64,000 bases of DNA, taken from Candidatus Brocadiia bacterium. Lineage in GTDB: Bacteria; Planctomycetota; Brocadiia; CAIUPP01. The DNA is taken from the NCBI GenBank assembly GCA_052139675.1, contig JBKQWE010000035.1:6906-70905 (forward strand), given 5' to 3'. The position numbers were made by a program, and so were the translations under genes. The notes beneath the pieces were generated by a model. The model did no database searches. It worked only from the letters and a program-made list of their open reading frames with translations, and was not told where the DNA came from. Below, one piece after another: positions 36,987 to 46,801 of this stretch (position 1 is its first letter; each line of letters begins with the position of its first letter).

Positions 36987-37498
36987 TTTCCACCCTTTCC
37001 GCGCCCGCGGCGCGCCCGGCGAGAAGGCGCAAGCCGCGCGCGCAGGTCCGCTTCCACCGCCGGCGAGACCATGCCGCTCACGCGGCCGCCGCCGCGCACG
37101 ATTTCCTTGATGAACCGCGCGTTGATGAACGCGTGCTCCGGCTTCGGCGCGATGAAGACCGTCTCGACTCCGGCGCTGCTGCGGTTGGTGAACGCCATCT
37201 GGATTTCATACTCCAGGTCCGAGACGGTCCGGATGCCGCGCAGGACCACGGAGACTTTTTCGGCCTTCGCGAAGTTCACCATCAGGCCGTGGAACGCCTT
37301 GACCTCGACGTTCGGAAGATGGCCGACCTCGCGCCGCACCATCGCCAGGCGCTCGCGCAGCGAGAAGACGCAGGCCTTTTCCGGATTGTCGCCCACGCCG
37401 ACGACCAGCCGGTCGAAGATGCGGCCGGCGCGCTCGACCACGTCCAGATGCCCGATAGTCACCGGGTCGAAAGTGCCCGGATATAATGCCGTGCGCAT
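36983..37498 (-). CDS. coaD: Phosphopantetheine adenylyltransferase.
   Basis: ALYPGTFDPVTIGHLD is the T/HxGH nucleotidyltransferase motif, and ...RGIRTVSDLEYE is present. Confidence 0.9.
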   Translation of the reverse strand: MRTALYPGTFDPVTIGHLDVVERAGRIFDRLVVGVGDNPEKACVFSLRERLAMVRREVGHLPNVEVKAFHGLMVNFAKAEKVSVVLRGIRTVSDLEYEIQMAFTNRSSAGVETVFIAPKPEHAFINARFIKEIVRGGGRVSGMVSPAVEADLRARLAPSRRARRGRGKGGK

Positions 37499-37526
37499 AG
37501 CCAGTCTCCTGATTTTAACCCATCGC

Positions 37527-40283
37527 TCAGATCGGGCCGCCGCCTCCGCGGAACGGCGGCGGCGCGCCGGGCGGCGTGACGTGGAACGTCACCACCGTCG
37601 AGTTGCTGGTGCCCTGGTTGAACTCGGCGCCGATGCTGAACTGCCAGCCTTCCATTTCGCGCGTCACGTAAAGCCCGCTGCCGAGGTTGCGCGGGTTGCG
37701 CAGCTCGTTCGGCACGGGCTGAGCCAGAAAGTCGTACGACCAGGTCATGTCCACGCGCCATCGGCTGTAGCGCGGCTTATAGGAGAAGGCGATCATGCTG
37801 ATCGAATGCCAGAACCCGTCCACGTCCGTCGGGTCGAGGTAGTAATTGTGAATGTAAGAGATCTGGATCGGCCGCCAATAGTTGAGCGTCACCGCGCCGT
37901 TGGCCGCCTCGAGCCGCTTCCGGTCAACGTTGAAGTCGTTGTCGGTGGTGGAGAGCGTGATGTTCTCGTTCACGATCCAGCGCGCGCTGCCCTCGACGAA
38001 ATCGCCGGTGAACGGCGGGATGCCCTGGTCGGCGGAGAGGAAGTCTTCCCGCACGCCGGGGATGGCGGCGCCATGGATCAGGACGTGATAATTCACGTCG
38101 GCGCGGAACAGCTCGACGAGCTTCCGGCCCTCATCGGTCTGGCGATAGGTCTGAAGCCGGCTGAGGAGGCCGAACGTGACGAAGTGCGACTCGTCCAGCG
38201 CGTCAATCTCGTCGTTCTGAATGTAGTTCGAAGAGCCCCGGTTGACGTAAAAGATGTTTCCGTATTCCACCGTCGGGGTCAGGATATGCCGCAGGCGGTC
38301 CACCTCGAAAAGGCTGCTCTGCACCTCGTAGGTGCGGTAGAAGTTGGAGGCCGCGCGCACGCCGTACGCGGAGGCCACGCGGAGCGACGCGCTTTCGTCG
38401 TCCCCATTTTCGTTATACCCGGTGAAGTCCTGCCACAGGAACGGCTCCGCGCGGATGCAGCCCAATTGAAGCGGATAGGAGACCTCGTGGGCGGTGTCCA
38501 AGCGGTCCACCCATTCCGGCGTGGCCAGGCCGGTGGCCTGGTCGAACCTCATGCGCATTTCCGCCAGGCTGGTATGCGTCGTCCACAGCAGCCCCGTATC
38601 GCCGATCGGCGTGCCGATGACGTGGTACCCGATCGAGTCCTGTTCGAGCACGTTCTGGAAATCGTTGATCTGCCGCTGGGTCTGGACGGTGAACATCGTG
38701 TTCCCGGAGATGTGGCTCAGGAACGCCTCCGTCTCGCGGTCCTTGTCGTCATCGAGCGCCGGCAGGTCGTACGTGTAGAGAAAGCGCCGGTCGCTCAGGT
38801 AGCCCAGTTCGAGGTCGGCCTTCCAGTTATCGGGGAGGTTCTCGTGGTCGCGCCAGGTCAGCTCGCCGCGGTTCTCGCGCAGTGTGGGCAGGCCGCTGTC
38901 GTCCCACTCGTCGTGATCCTGAATGTAGTACGCCCGCGCGAAGCCATGGCGCGTACCGTCCTCATCGTAGGGCAGCTCCAGTCCATAGCCGACCCCGCGC
39001 GCCGAATAAACGTCCGTCCGGAGCAATAAGTCGCTCCAGTCGTTGTGGTAAATGCCCAGGTCATACAGGTCCCACTGCAGCTTGGCGAAGGTGCCGTATT
39101 GATAGGCATTGCCCACCTCGGCGCCCTTGAGCAGAAAAGTTCCGCCGCGGACGTCCTTGGAGACGTAAGGCCAGTAGAATACCGGGTAGTCTTCAATGTA
39201 AAACACGTCGTCGCGGGAAGATACGATCATACTCCGGATCGGGCCGGGGGCTCCGGGCTGAGCCTCCGGCTGCGCTTCCGACGGGGGCGCGGCGGGCGTT
39301 TCCCCTCCGCGCGGCGGCTGCGTGCCGAGGAGGACCTGTATCTCCGAGCTCTCGGCTCTCAGGTGCGGCTCGGCGAGAGTCGAGGTGGTGATGTAGCCCG
39401 CGCCCTCGGTGGTGAAGCGATACAGGCTCTGCTCGCGGACGGCGTCGGCGACGAACTGGATCGGAAGGTGGCGCGTCGGCTCGTGCGTGCGGACGCGGGC
39501 GGCGATTGCGAGGCCCTGCTCGGTGATTCCGTCAATATAGAGCGCCTGGCACGTCATGTGCACGTCGCCGCGGCGGAAGTCCACCGAGCCTTCCGCATAG
39601 ATACTCTGCAGCCGAGGCGAGCCGTAGTGCGGCTCGCGGAACTGGATGCGCACGCGCAGCACGTCGGCGAGGAGCGCCATGTCATTGCTGAAAACCGCCG
39701 CGTTGCCCAGGAGCGTGACCGTGAGCCCGGACTCGCTCAGGTTGGACACGTCCGTGCGTTCCGCGGAGGGATGCAATTGTCCGAGCAGCCCGGTCGCCGC
39801 GGCCGCCGCCGCACCGGCGGCCATATCGCCGTGCAGCGCCATCGCGCGGAGGCGGAACGGGTCCGCCGCGGGCGGCTCGCCGGAGACGATCTGGACACCG
39901 CTCAACACCAGCCCGCCCTCGGCGACCATCCGGATCAGTCCGGGCGCTTCCAACGGGGTTTGCTTGCCGCCCTCCAGGAGCACCGTCCCTTGCTCGCCGT
40001 ACAGGTCGAGCGCGCCGACCTTGCCGCCGCCCTGCTCGGACTCGGTGAGCCAGACCCACAGGCGCGGAGAGGTGATATGGGAATTCCCCTGGTAGAGGTT
40101 CACGTTCCCCTGGAGGTCCAGGATCGTCTTTCCGTCCCGCTGCCATCGGAGCACGCTGGTCGCCGAGATTCCGACGACGCTCTTCCCGTCGCCGAACGGC
40201 CGGCGAGGCGCCTCGACAGTGTCCGCCCAGGCCGTCCCGGCCGCGAACAGCAGGCAAAAAAGCAGCGTCGCACCCGTCTGCAT
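37527..40283 (-). CDS. lptD: LptD-like (OstA family) outer-membrane LPS-assembly protein.
   Basis: A signal peptide MQTGATLLFCLLFAAGTAWA precedes an OstA_N-like beta-jellyroll region, followed by a long C-terminal region with alternating aromatic/hydrophilic strands and a terminal aromatic residue. The product is 918 aa. Confidence 0.55.
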   Translation of the reverse strand: MQTGATLLFCLLFAAGTAWADTVEAPRRPFGDGKSVVGISATSVLRWQRDGKTILDLQGNVNLYQGNSHITSPRLWVWLTESEQGGGKVGALDLYGEQGTVLLEGGKQTPLEAPGLIRMVAEGGLVLSGVQIVSGEPPAADPFRLRAMALHGDMAAGAAAAAATGLLGQLHPSAERTDVSNLSESGLTVTLLGNAAVFSNDMALLADVLRVRIQFREPHYGSPRLQSIYAEGSVDFRRGDVHMTCQALYIDGITEQGLAIAARVRTHEPTRHLPIQFVADAVREQSLYRFTTEGAGYITTSTLAEPHLRAESSEIQVLLGTQPPRGGETPAAPPSEAQPEAQPGAPGPIRSMIVSSRDDVFYIEDYPVFYWPYVSKDVRGGTFLLKGAEVGNAYQYGTFAKLQWDLYDLGIYHNDWSDLLLRTDVYSARGVGYGLELPYDEDGTRHGFARAYYIQDHDEWDDSGLPTLRENRGELTWRDHENLPDNWKADLELGYLSDRRFLYTYDLPALDDDKDRETEAFLSHISGNTMFTVQTQRQINDFQNVLEQDSIGYHVIGTPIGDTGLLWTTHTSLAEMRMRFDQATGLATPEWVDRLDTAHEVSYPLQLGCIRAEPFLWQDFTGYNENGDDESASLRVASAYGVRAASNFYRTYEVQSSLFEVDRLRHILTPTVEYGNIFYVNRGSSNYIQNDEIDALDESHFVTFGLLSRLQTYRQTDEGRKLVELFRADVNYHVLIHGAAIPGVREDFLSADQGIPPFTGDFVEGSARWIVNENITLSTTDNDFNVDRKRLEAANGAVTLNYWRPIQISYIHNYYLDPTDVDGFWHSISMIAFSYKPRYSRWRVDMTWSYDFLAQPVPNELRNPRNLGSGLYVTREMEGWQFSIGAEFNQGTSNSTVVTFHVTPPGAPPPFRGGGGPI

Positions 40284-40331
40284 CGGTCAGCCCCGTAGTG
40301 TCGTCCTGGTCGAGAAACGCGGCCCGGAAGC

Positions 40332-41888
40332 TCAGGTTGCCGGCTGCCCGTTCCCCGGCCAGGCCGCGGCCTCCGCCGTCTTTCGTGAGCCGGCGGGAAG
40401 AATCCGGCCCTCGCTGACGGCCTCGAGCAGGGCCTTGGCGACGCTCGGGTCGAACTGCGAGCCCGCCGCCCTGTGAACGGTCTGGATCACCTTCTCGAGC
40501 GCGAGGCGGTCGCGGTAAGGGCGGCGCGAGCACATCGCGTCGAAGGCATCCGCCACGGCCAGGATCCGCGAGAGGAGCGAGGGCTCCTCGCACTTCAGCC
40601 CGTCCGGGTAGCCCCTGCCGTCCCAGCGCTCGTGATGGTGCAGCACGATCTCGGCGATCTCCGCGGCGCCCTCGATGTTCTTGATGATTCCGCTGCCGAT
40701 GCGGGCATGCTCCTTGACGACTTCGTACTCCGCGTCGGTCAGCGGGCCGGCCTTGCGCAGGATGCTTTCAGGCACGCGGATTTTGCCCACATCGTGGAGC
40801 AGGCCGGCCAGCTCGAGCGTGTTGAGCGTGGCTTCGGAGAGCTGCAACTGCTTGCCGATCTCCAGCGCGAAATGCGTCACGCGCTCGGAGTGGCCCTTCG
40901 TGTAATCGTCCTTGGCCTCGATGGCCGCCGCGAGGGCGCGGACGGCGCCGCGGAGCATCTGCCGCATCTGGTCCGAAAGCTGGGTGCGCTGGACGGCCAG
41001 CCCCGCCTGCTTGCCGATCGCCAGGAGCAGTTCCAGGTCGCACTTCAGGAACGCCTCCGACTGCCCGATCGAGTCCACGTAGAGGACGCCGATGGCGCGC
41101 TCCGGCGTTTCCACCGGCACGCAGAGCACCGACTGGATGTTCTGCGTGACCACGCTCTCGGCCTCTTTCAGGCGCTCGTCCAGGAGCGCGTTCGATTTCA
41201 GGACCGACGTGCGGCCCCGGTAACATTCCTCGACGATCGTCGTGCTGAAGCCGCGCGGCGCGCCCGGCGCTGCCGAAGTTTCCTTATGCGCCACGGTCTC
41301 CAGGTTGCCGTCCGGCCCGGCCAGGAGCAGGAAAGCGCGGTCGGCCTTGACCACATCGAGAATGACGTCGAGGATGCGCTGGTAAAGGTCGCCGAGGTGC
41401 GATTCCGCGCTGAGGAGGTTGCCGACCTCGTAAATGGTCGCCAGGTCGCGCTGGACGCGGCGGTAGTTCTCGATGCTCTCGGCGTCGCCGGTGAGCTCCA
41501 TCAAGCTGCTGTCTTCGAGCCGGATGCCCTGCCGGATCTCCTCCACCGGGTGCGGGACCTGGGCGATGAAGTCCGCTTTCATCCGGCGCCGGTCCGGCGT
41601 GCAGCGGAACTCGAACTCCACCGCGCCGATGCGGACGCGGTCGCCGGGGTTCAGCCGGCAGCGCTCGATCCGCGCGTCGTTGACCCAGGTGCCGTTCGTA
41701 CTGGCCAGGTCGCTGACGAAATAATCCTCGCCCACCTTCTCGACGCAGCAGTGCTGGCGCGAAAGCCCCGAATCCAGGATCTGGATATCCGCATCCTCGC
41801 CGCGCCCGAGGACGAGTTTCTGGCCGTCCCCGAGTTGGAACGGCCTCGTGTACACCTGCCCCTTCAGAGCGACCAGTTCTATCTTCAT
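40332..41888 (-). CDS. FHA-GAF-HD-GYP multidomain signalling protein (putative c-di-GMP phosphodiesterase).
   Basis: The N-terminal FHA reads ...LVLGRGEDADIQILDSGLSRQHCCV...STNGTWVN. A GAF follows (...RAFLLLAGPDGNL...). The C-terminal HD-GYP has HDVGK, ...HHERWDGRGYPDGL. The start is MKIEL behind GGAGG. Confidence 0.8.
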   Translation of the reverse strand: MKIELVALKGQVYTRPFQLGDGQKLVLGRGEDADIQILDSGLSRQHCCVEKVGEDYFVSDLASTNGTWVNDARIERCRLNPGDRVRIGAVEFEFRCTPDRRRMKADFIAQVPHPVEEIRQGIRLEDSSLMELTGDAESIENYRRVQRDLATIYEVGNLLSAESHLGDLYQRILDVILDVVKADRAFLLLAGPDGNLETVAHKETSAAPGAPRGFSTTIVEECYRGRTSVLKSNALLDERLKEAESVVTQNIQSVLCVPVETPERAIGVLYVDSIGQSEAFLKCDLELLLAIGKQAGLAVQRTQLSDQMRQMLRGAVRALAAAIEAKDDYTKGHSERVTHFALEIGKQLQLSEATLNTLELAGLLHDVGKIRVPESILRKAGPLTDAEYEVVKEHARIGSGIIKNIEGAAEIAEIVLHHHERWDGRGYPDGLKCEEPSLLSRILAVADAFDAMCSRRPYRDRLALEKVIQTVHRAAGSQFDPSVAKALLEAVSEGRILPAGSRKTAEAAAWPGNGQPAT

Positions 41889-42036
41889 TGACCTCCGCCG
41901 TCGCAAAAACGGCGGCATTGTAGCAGTTTCGCCTTCGGGATTCTACACTCGGCCTCCGCCCAGCCTCCGGCGGACAAGCCGCAACCTTCTTCGCCCTCCG
42001 AAGTAGCCCGGCGGGCTACGAAGGACGGGTCGGCAT

Positions 42037-42816
42037 TCACCTGGCCATCCATCCGCCGTCCACGACCAGCAGGTGACCGTGAACGTACCGCGCCGCGTCG
42101 CTGACGAGGAACAGCAGCGGGCCGACCATGTCTTCCGGCCGGCCCCAGCGGCCGGCGGGAATGCGGTCGCGGATTTTCGGCTCGCGGACGGGGTCGCGCA
42201 CGAGCGCCTCGCACATGTCGGTCTCGAAATAGCCCGGCGCGATGGCGTTGACGTTGATGTTCTTCGAGGCCCATTCGTTCGCCAGCGCCTTCGTGATGCC
42301 GGCGACGCCGTGCTTGGCCGCCGTGTACGCCGGAATCGTCCACCCGCCCTGGAAGCTCGACAGCGAGGCGATGTTCACGATCTTCCCGCCGCCCTGCCTC
42401 ACCATCACGCGCCCGGCCTCCTGGCACAGCTCGAAGACCCCGGTCAGCATCAGGCTCAGGATCGTGTCCCACTTCTCGATCGAGAAATCCAGCGAGCGCT
42501 CGCGGTGCTGAATCCCCGCGCAGTTCACCAGGATGTCCAGCCGCCCGAAACGCTCGATGACTTTCGGGATCACCTTCGCCCGCTGAGCGCGGTCGGCCAG
42601 GTCCGCCTGGACGCAGAGCAGCTCCGCGCCGGCGGCGGCCGCTTCTTCCTCGAGTCCGTTCGAGTCGGCATGGCTCGCCGCGATGGCCACCTTCGCCTGC
42701 GCGCGCGCCAGCCCGAGCGCCATCGCCCGGCCGAGCCCGCGCCGTCCGCCGGTCACCAGCGCCACTTTGCCCGAGATATCGAACCAGTCGCGCCGCTCGA
42801 ATTGTGCCGCGCTCAT
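42037..42816 (-). CDS. SDR-family oxidoreductase (KduD / 2-deoxy-D-gluconate 3-dehydrogenase-like).
   Basis: Shows VTGGRRGLG, NCAG and YTAAKHG (YxxxK). The start MSAAQ has 6-nt spacing from GGAGG. Confidence 0.8.
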   Translation of the reverse strand: MSAAQFERRDWFDISGKVALVTGGRRGLGRAMALGLARAQAKVAIAASHADSNGLEEEAAAAGAELLCVQADLADRAQRAKVIPKVIERFGRLDILVNCAGIQHRERSLDFSIEKWDTILSLMLTGVFELCQEAGRVMVRQGGGKIVNIASLSSFQGGWTIPAYTAAKHGVAGITKALANEWASKNINVNAIAPGYFETDMCEALVRDPVREPKIRDRIPAGRWGRPEDMVGPLLFLVSDAARYVHGHLLVVDGGWMAR

Positions 42817-42895
42817 TCGCATCCTCCGATCTGGTTGACATTGACCTGCACAGATCATAGCATTTTGACGCTGCGCTGGACATCGGAGGAGCCGC

Positions 42896-43327
42896 GTGAA
42901 ATCTGGAAGTCCGCTTCGCATCCGGGCCGGGCTTGCGCTGGTATTCCTGCTCGTGCTGCTTCCGGGGCTTCCCCAGATCGTGTCCAAACCGGCGGAGTGG
43001 ATGCGCGCGATGCCGCAGGACGCAATCGTCGCGCGCGACAAGCGCTTCGCCGAACTGCGCCGCGCGCTGCCGAAACACGGGACGGTCGGCTATGTGACCG
43101 ACGGTCCGCTGGACCGCCCGCTCGGCGACGGCAGGGTGCACTCCGTCCTGATGATCGCCCAGTACTGCCTGGCGCCTGTGATCCTGGTCAATTCGACCGA
43201 GCCGGAGATCATCGTCGGCGATTTTTCGAGCATGGAATCGGGCGCGCGGGTGATCGCGGCGCAACACCTCGTCGTCACCCGCTGGTTCGAAAACGGCGTC
43301 TGTCTGCTGCGCAAGGGCGGCAAGTGA
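42896..43327 (+). CDS. Hypothetical small protein with an N-terminal signal or anchor sequence.
   Basis: The 143-aa ORF starts RAGLALVFLLVLLPGLP. Its stop overlaps the GTG start of the downstream membrane-protein gene (GTGA). Confidence 0.45.
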   Translation: MKSGSPLRIRAGLALVFLLVLLPGLPQIVSKPAEWMRAMPQDAIVARDKRFAELRRALPKHGTVGYVTDGPLDRPLGDGRVHSVLMIAQYCLAPVILVNSTEPEIIVGDFSSMESGARVIAAQHLVVTRWFENGVCLLRKGGK

Positions 43328-44754
43328 CCTTGATATCCCTCATCCTTTTCGTGCTTCCGATCCCGGCCGGGATCGTTTTCGTGTCGCTCCTGTGGCCGGA
43401 CCGCCGGTGGCAGTCGGACTTCGCGCTCAAGGCGTCGCTCGGCATCGGAATCGGCTACGGCATAATCTCCTGTGTCTTCTTCATCTGGCTGCTTTCGTCC
43501 GGGAACGCGCATTATTCCGCTTACTTTGCGGCGGAGTGCGCGATAGTGGCCGTCGCGGCCGCCGTCCTGATCATGCGCGCGAGGAAGCGGGACAATCGGC
43601 CACCTTGGCGCCCGGACGCAGCGCCTTCGGGGCTGCCCCGGACGCGGCTGCTGATCCTGGCGGCGCTCGTGCTCCTGATGTTCAGCCGGATAGCGGCCGG
43701 CCTGATCGAGGCCGTCGGCCAGCCGAGCGGCGACGCCGACGCCTGGAGCACCTGGAACCTTCAGGCGCGGTTCCTGTCGCGCGGCGGTCCGAACTGGGTT
43801 GACCTCGCCCGGTACAGCTACCCGCATCACACCGATTACCCGCTGATGCTGCCGCTCTCGGTGGCCAGAGGCTGGCAGGCCGCCGGAGTTGAGACCGCAG
43901 CGGCGCCCATCGCCATCGCAATATTCTTCACCTTCGGCACGGTCCTTCTGCTGTTTTCGGCCCTGTCATTCCTGCGCAACCCGGTCCGCGGTTTCGTGGC
44001 CGGCGCGGTATTGCTGGGCACGCCGTTCTTCATCCTGCACGGCGCCCGGCAACTGGCCGACGTGCCGCTGGGCTTTTTCATCCTGGCGGCCACCGTCCTG
44101 TTCTGTCTGCAGGACAGGTTGGCCACGCGCGGTTTCACGCTCGTGGCGCTGGCCGGCGCGGCGTGCGGCCTGGCGGGCTGGACCAAGAACGAGGGACTGC
44201 TGTTCCTGGGATGCATGGTCCTTGCGCGTTGGGCGACCGTCGCGCTCAAGCGCGGCTGGAGATCGTGGCTCTCCGAGACGCCGTACTTTCTCGCGGGCCT
44301 GGTCCCGATCCTGGCGATCGTCATCTGCTTCAAGGCCCGGTATGCGCCGCCGAACGACCTGCATCTCGGTCAGAACCTCGCCGGCCTGGCTTCCCCGTCG
44401 CGCTACGGGTACATCGCGAAGGAATTCGCGCGGCAGGCGCTCACCTTCGGCCACTGGCAGGAATTCGGGCCGGTTCCGCTCAGCCCGGTCCCGCTGCTGG
44501 CGGGCTACTGGCTCTGCCGCGGAATCAGCCTGCGCCGCGAGGAAGCCGAAGGAGTGGCCACGTCGTTCCTGGCGCTGATCCTGACCCTCGCAGGCTATTT
44601 CTGCGTGTACCTGCTGACCCCGCTCGACCTGGCAACCCACATAAGGACTTCGTGCGACCGGCTCTTCCTGCAGCTATGGCCCAGCCTGATCTTCCTCTCC
44701 TTCATGGCGCTCCCCAGCCCGATTGCCCAAGCCCGGCCTACGAAAAGCGATTGA
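43324..44754 (+). CDS. Polytopic integral membrane protein of about 476 aa; function unknown.
   Basis: There are about 12 hydrophobic helices with W/Y-rich loops. The start is GTG at 43324. The upstream 417 codons of ORF 42073..44754 are antisense noise over the SDR gene. Confidence 0.55.
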   Translation: MTLISLILFVLPIPAGIVFVSLLWPDRRWQSDFALKASLGIGIGYGIISCVFFIWLLSSGNAHYSAYFAAECAIVAVAAAVLIMRARKRDNRPPWRPDAAPSGLPRTRLLILAALVLLMFSRIAAGLIEAVGQPSGDADAWSTWNLQARFLSRGGPNWVDLARYSYPHHTDYPLMLPLSVARGWQAAGVETAAAPIAIAIFFTFGTVLLLFSALSFLRNPVRGFVAGAVLLGTPFFILHGARQLADVPLGFFILAATVLFCLQDRLATRGFTLVALAGAACGLAGWTKNEGLLFLGCMVLARWATVALKRGWRSWLSETPYFLAGLVPILAIVICFKARYAPPNDLHLGQNLAGLASPSRYGYIAKEFARQALTFGHWQEFGPVPLSPVPLLAGYWLCRGISLRREEAEGVATSFLALILTLAGYFCVYLLTPLDLATHIRTSCDRLFLQLWPSLIFLSFMALPSPIAQARPTKSD

Positions 44755-44828
44755 TCGCCCGCCACTTGACACCCGCCGTTTTTCAGCCGATAATGTTAGT
44801 AGTAAGTTATATACCGAGGCGCAAGAGC

Positions 44829-45995
44829 ATGGCTGAGTCTCGCGACATACTGCATGTGGACGTGGACGCGTTCTTCGCGTCGGTCGAGCAGGTGCTTGAC
44901 CCGCGGTTGCTGGGGAAACCGGTCATCGTCGGTGGCAACCCGAATGACCGGTCGGTGGTGGCTTCGGCCTCGTATCCGGCGCGGGCGTTCGGCGTGCGCA
45001 GCGCGATGCCCATCGCGCAGGCGCGCCGCCTCTGCCCGGACGCGGTTTTTCTGCCGGGCAATTTCCAGGCGTACTGCGAATTCTCGGAGCGCGTGCGCAA
45101 GCTCCTGCTGCGGTTCGCGCCCCTGGTCGAGGCGGCTTCGATGGATGACTTCTACCTCGACTTCACCGGCTGCCGCCCGCTGCACGGCCGTCCGCTCCAG
45201 GCGGCGGAGCGGATGAAGTGCGCGGTGCGTGCGGAGACGGGGCTGACCGTCACCGTCGCGGTCGCCTTGAACAAGCTCCTGGCCAAGGTCGCGTCGGACC
45301 TGGCGAAGCCGGACGGCCTCATCGAAGTCCGGCGCGGATGCGAGGCGGCGTTCCTGCGGCCGCTGCCGGTCGGGCGATTGCCCGGCGTCGGGCCGAGCAC
45401 CGAGGCGACGCTGCGCAAGCTCAACCTGGTGACGATCGGCCAGGTGGCGGAAATCCCGCCGGAGTCGCTCGAGCGGATGTTCGGCGCCTGGGGCGCTGCG
45501 CTCGGCGAGCGCGCTCGCGGGCGCGACGACTCGCCGGTGATCGCGGAGGCCGATCGGCCGAAGTCCATCGGCCGCGAGAGCACTTTTTCGCGGGACACTT
45601 CCGACCGCGCCGAGGTGCGCGCGATGCTCTATTCCCTGACCGAGCGCGCGGCGCGCCAGCTCCGCGAGGAGGGCCTGCTGGCGCGGTGCGTGACGGTCCG
45701 GGTCCGCTACGCCGATTTCCAGACCGTGACGGCCGCGCGCACGCTGCCGACGCTGACCGACCAGGACAAGGTGTTCTACGAGACCGCGCTCGGGCAGGTC
45801 GAGCGCCTGCTGGCGCGGCGGATGCAGGTTCGGCTGATCGGCGTAACGCTCTCGGCGCTGGCGTCGCTGCACGAGCGACAGGGCGACCTGTTCGCGGAGA
45901 CGGAGTTCCAGCGGCGGAGGCGGTTCTATCGAGGGCTGGACCGGCTGCGGGACCGGTTCGGTTTCGAAATCGCCCGCGTCGGCCCGGCGCGGTAG
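44829..45995 (+). CDS. dinB: DNA polymerase IV (Y-family translesion polymerase).
   Basis: ILHVDVDAFFASVE marks the catalytic Asp and FASVE. ...SMDDFYLD... and the little-finger domain are present. The product is 388 aa. Confidence 0.85.
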   Translation: MAESRDILHVDVDAFFASVEQVLDPRLLGKPVIVGGNPNDRSVVASASYPARAFGVRSAMPIAQARRLCPDAVFLPGNFQAYCEFSERVRKLLLRFAPLVEAASMDDFYLDFTGCRPLHGRPLQAAERMKCAVRAETGLTVTVAVALNKLLAKVASDLAKPDGLIEVRRGCEAAFLRPLPVGRLPGVGPSTEATLRKLNLVTIGQVAEIPPESLERMFGAWGAALGERARGRDDSPVIAEADRPKSIGRESTFSRDTSDRAEVRAMLYSLTERAARQLREEGLLARCVTVRVRYADFQTVTAARTLPTLTDQDKVFYETALGQVERLLARRMQVRLIGVTLSALASLHERQGDLFAETEFQRRRRFYRGLDRLRDRFGFEIARVGPAR

Positions 45996-46004
45996 GTCAA
46001 AAAA

Positions 46005-46187
46005 AGTTCTCGCCACGGATTGACGGAAACGGAAAGAAAACGTTTTTTTGCCACGGATTTCACGGATTTCCACGGATTAACGGAAAGCAAGATAAAAGCC
46101 ATTCAAATATTTATGGTTCGTTGCCGGTAATCCGTGGCCATCCGTGAAATCCGTGGCAAAGCCGTTCCGTTGTTTTTTGCCGTGATC
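46005..46187. repeat. MITE-like palindromic element, copy B, of the CCACGGATT family.
   Basis: Left arm TTTTTTTGCCACGGATTTCACGGATTTCCACGGATTAACGG (46044-46084), AT-rich 39-bp centre, right arm CCGGTAATCCGTGGCCATCCGTGAAATCCGTGGCAAAG (46124-46161). The right arm equals the reverse complement of the copy-A left arm. Outer partial units sit at 46009-46032 and 46163-46185. Confidence 0.7.
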
Positions 46188-46719
46188 AGAACGCGCCGTC
46201 AATGACCGGCTTCTCCTGGATGATGTTCCACATCTCCGGATAGGTCAGGTAGAGGCGCGTGTCGTTGAGGATGCGGAAGTGCTCGTTCTCTTCCTCGGCG
46301 ATCTTGAGGAGGATCTGTTTCTCCTGCGCGTCGGCCACCGTCTTGGCGGCGCCGGCGTAAAAGAAAAAGGCCTTCTCTTCCATGCCGAGCGCGATGTCAA
46401 TCGCCTGGACCTCGTCGGTGCTCCGGCGCGACTTCTTCACCTTCGCGGCGGCGTCCTTGAAGATGGACTGGATCCGTTTCGCCGGGCTTGAATCGTCCAG
46501 CTCGTCCGCGCGGCTCGGCCGCACGCCTTCCTGCGCGGCCATCTCCTGGAAGATCGCCCGGTGCCGCTCCTCGTCCTTGGAGAGCGACGCGAACATTTTC
46601 TTGACGAGCCGGTTCTCGGCCTGCCCGGCGGCCTTCGAGTAGAACCGGATGCCTTCCTCTTCCATGTGGATCGCAATGCCCAGCGCGTCGGAACGTTTCG
46701 TTTTGCCGGCCATGGTCAT
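46186..46719 (-). CDS. Ferritin-like (rubrerythrin-family, two-repeat) protein.
   Basis: Two ExxH-type helix pairs are present (EEEGIRFY...DEERHRAIF and EEKAFFFY...EENEHFRIL). Starts at 46719 or 46713 are both possible. Confidence 0.7.
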   Translation of the reverse strand: MTMAGKTKRSDALGIAIHMEEEGIRFYSKAAGQAENRLVKKMFASLSKDEERHRAIFQEMAAQEGVRPSRADELDDSSPAKRIQSIFKDAAAKVKKSRRSTDEVQAIDIALGMEEKAFFFYAGAAKTVADAQEKQILLKIAEEENEHFRILNDTRLYLTYPEMWNIIQEKPVIDGAF

Positions 46720-46801
46720 CTCCTGCGAAGGGTCACTTCGGAAACGCGCGCCTCCTACCGATGATGTTACCGGCGCGCGCCGTTGAAATCAAGCCGCTCC
46801 G

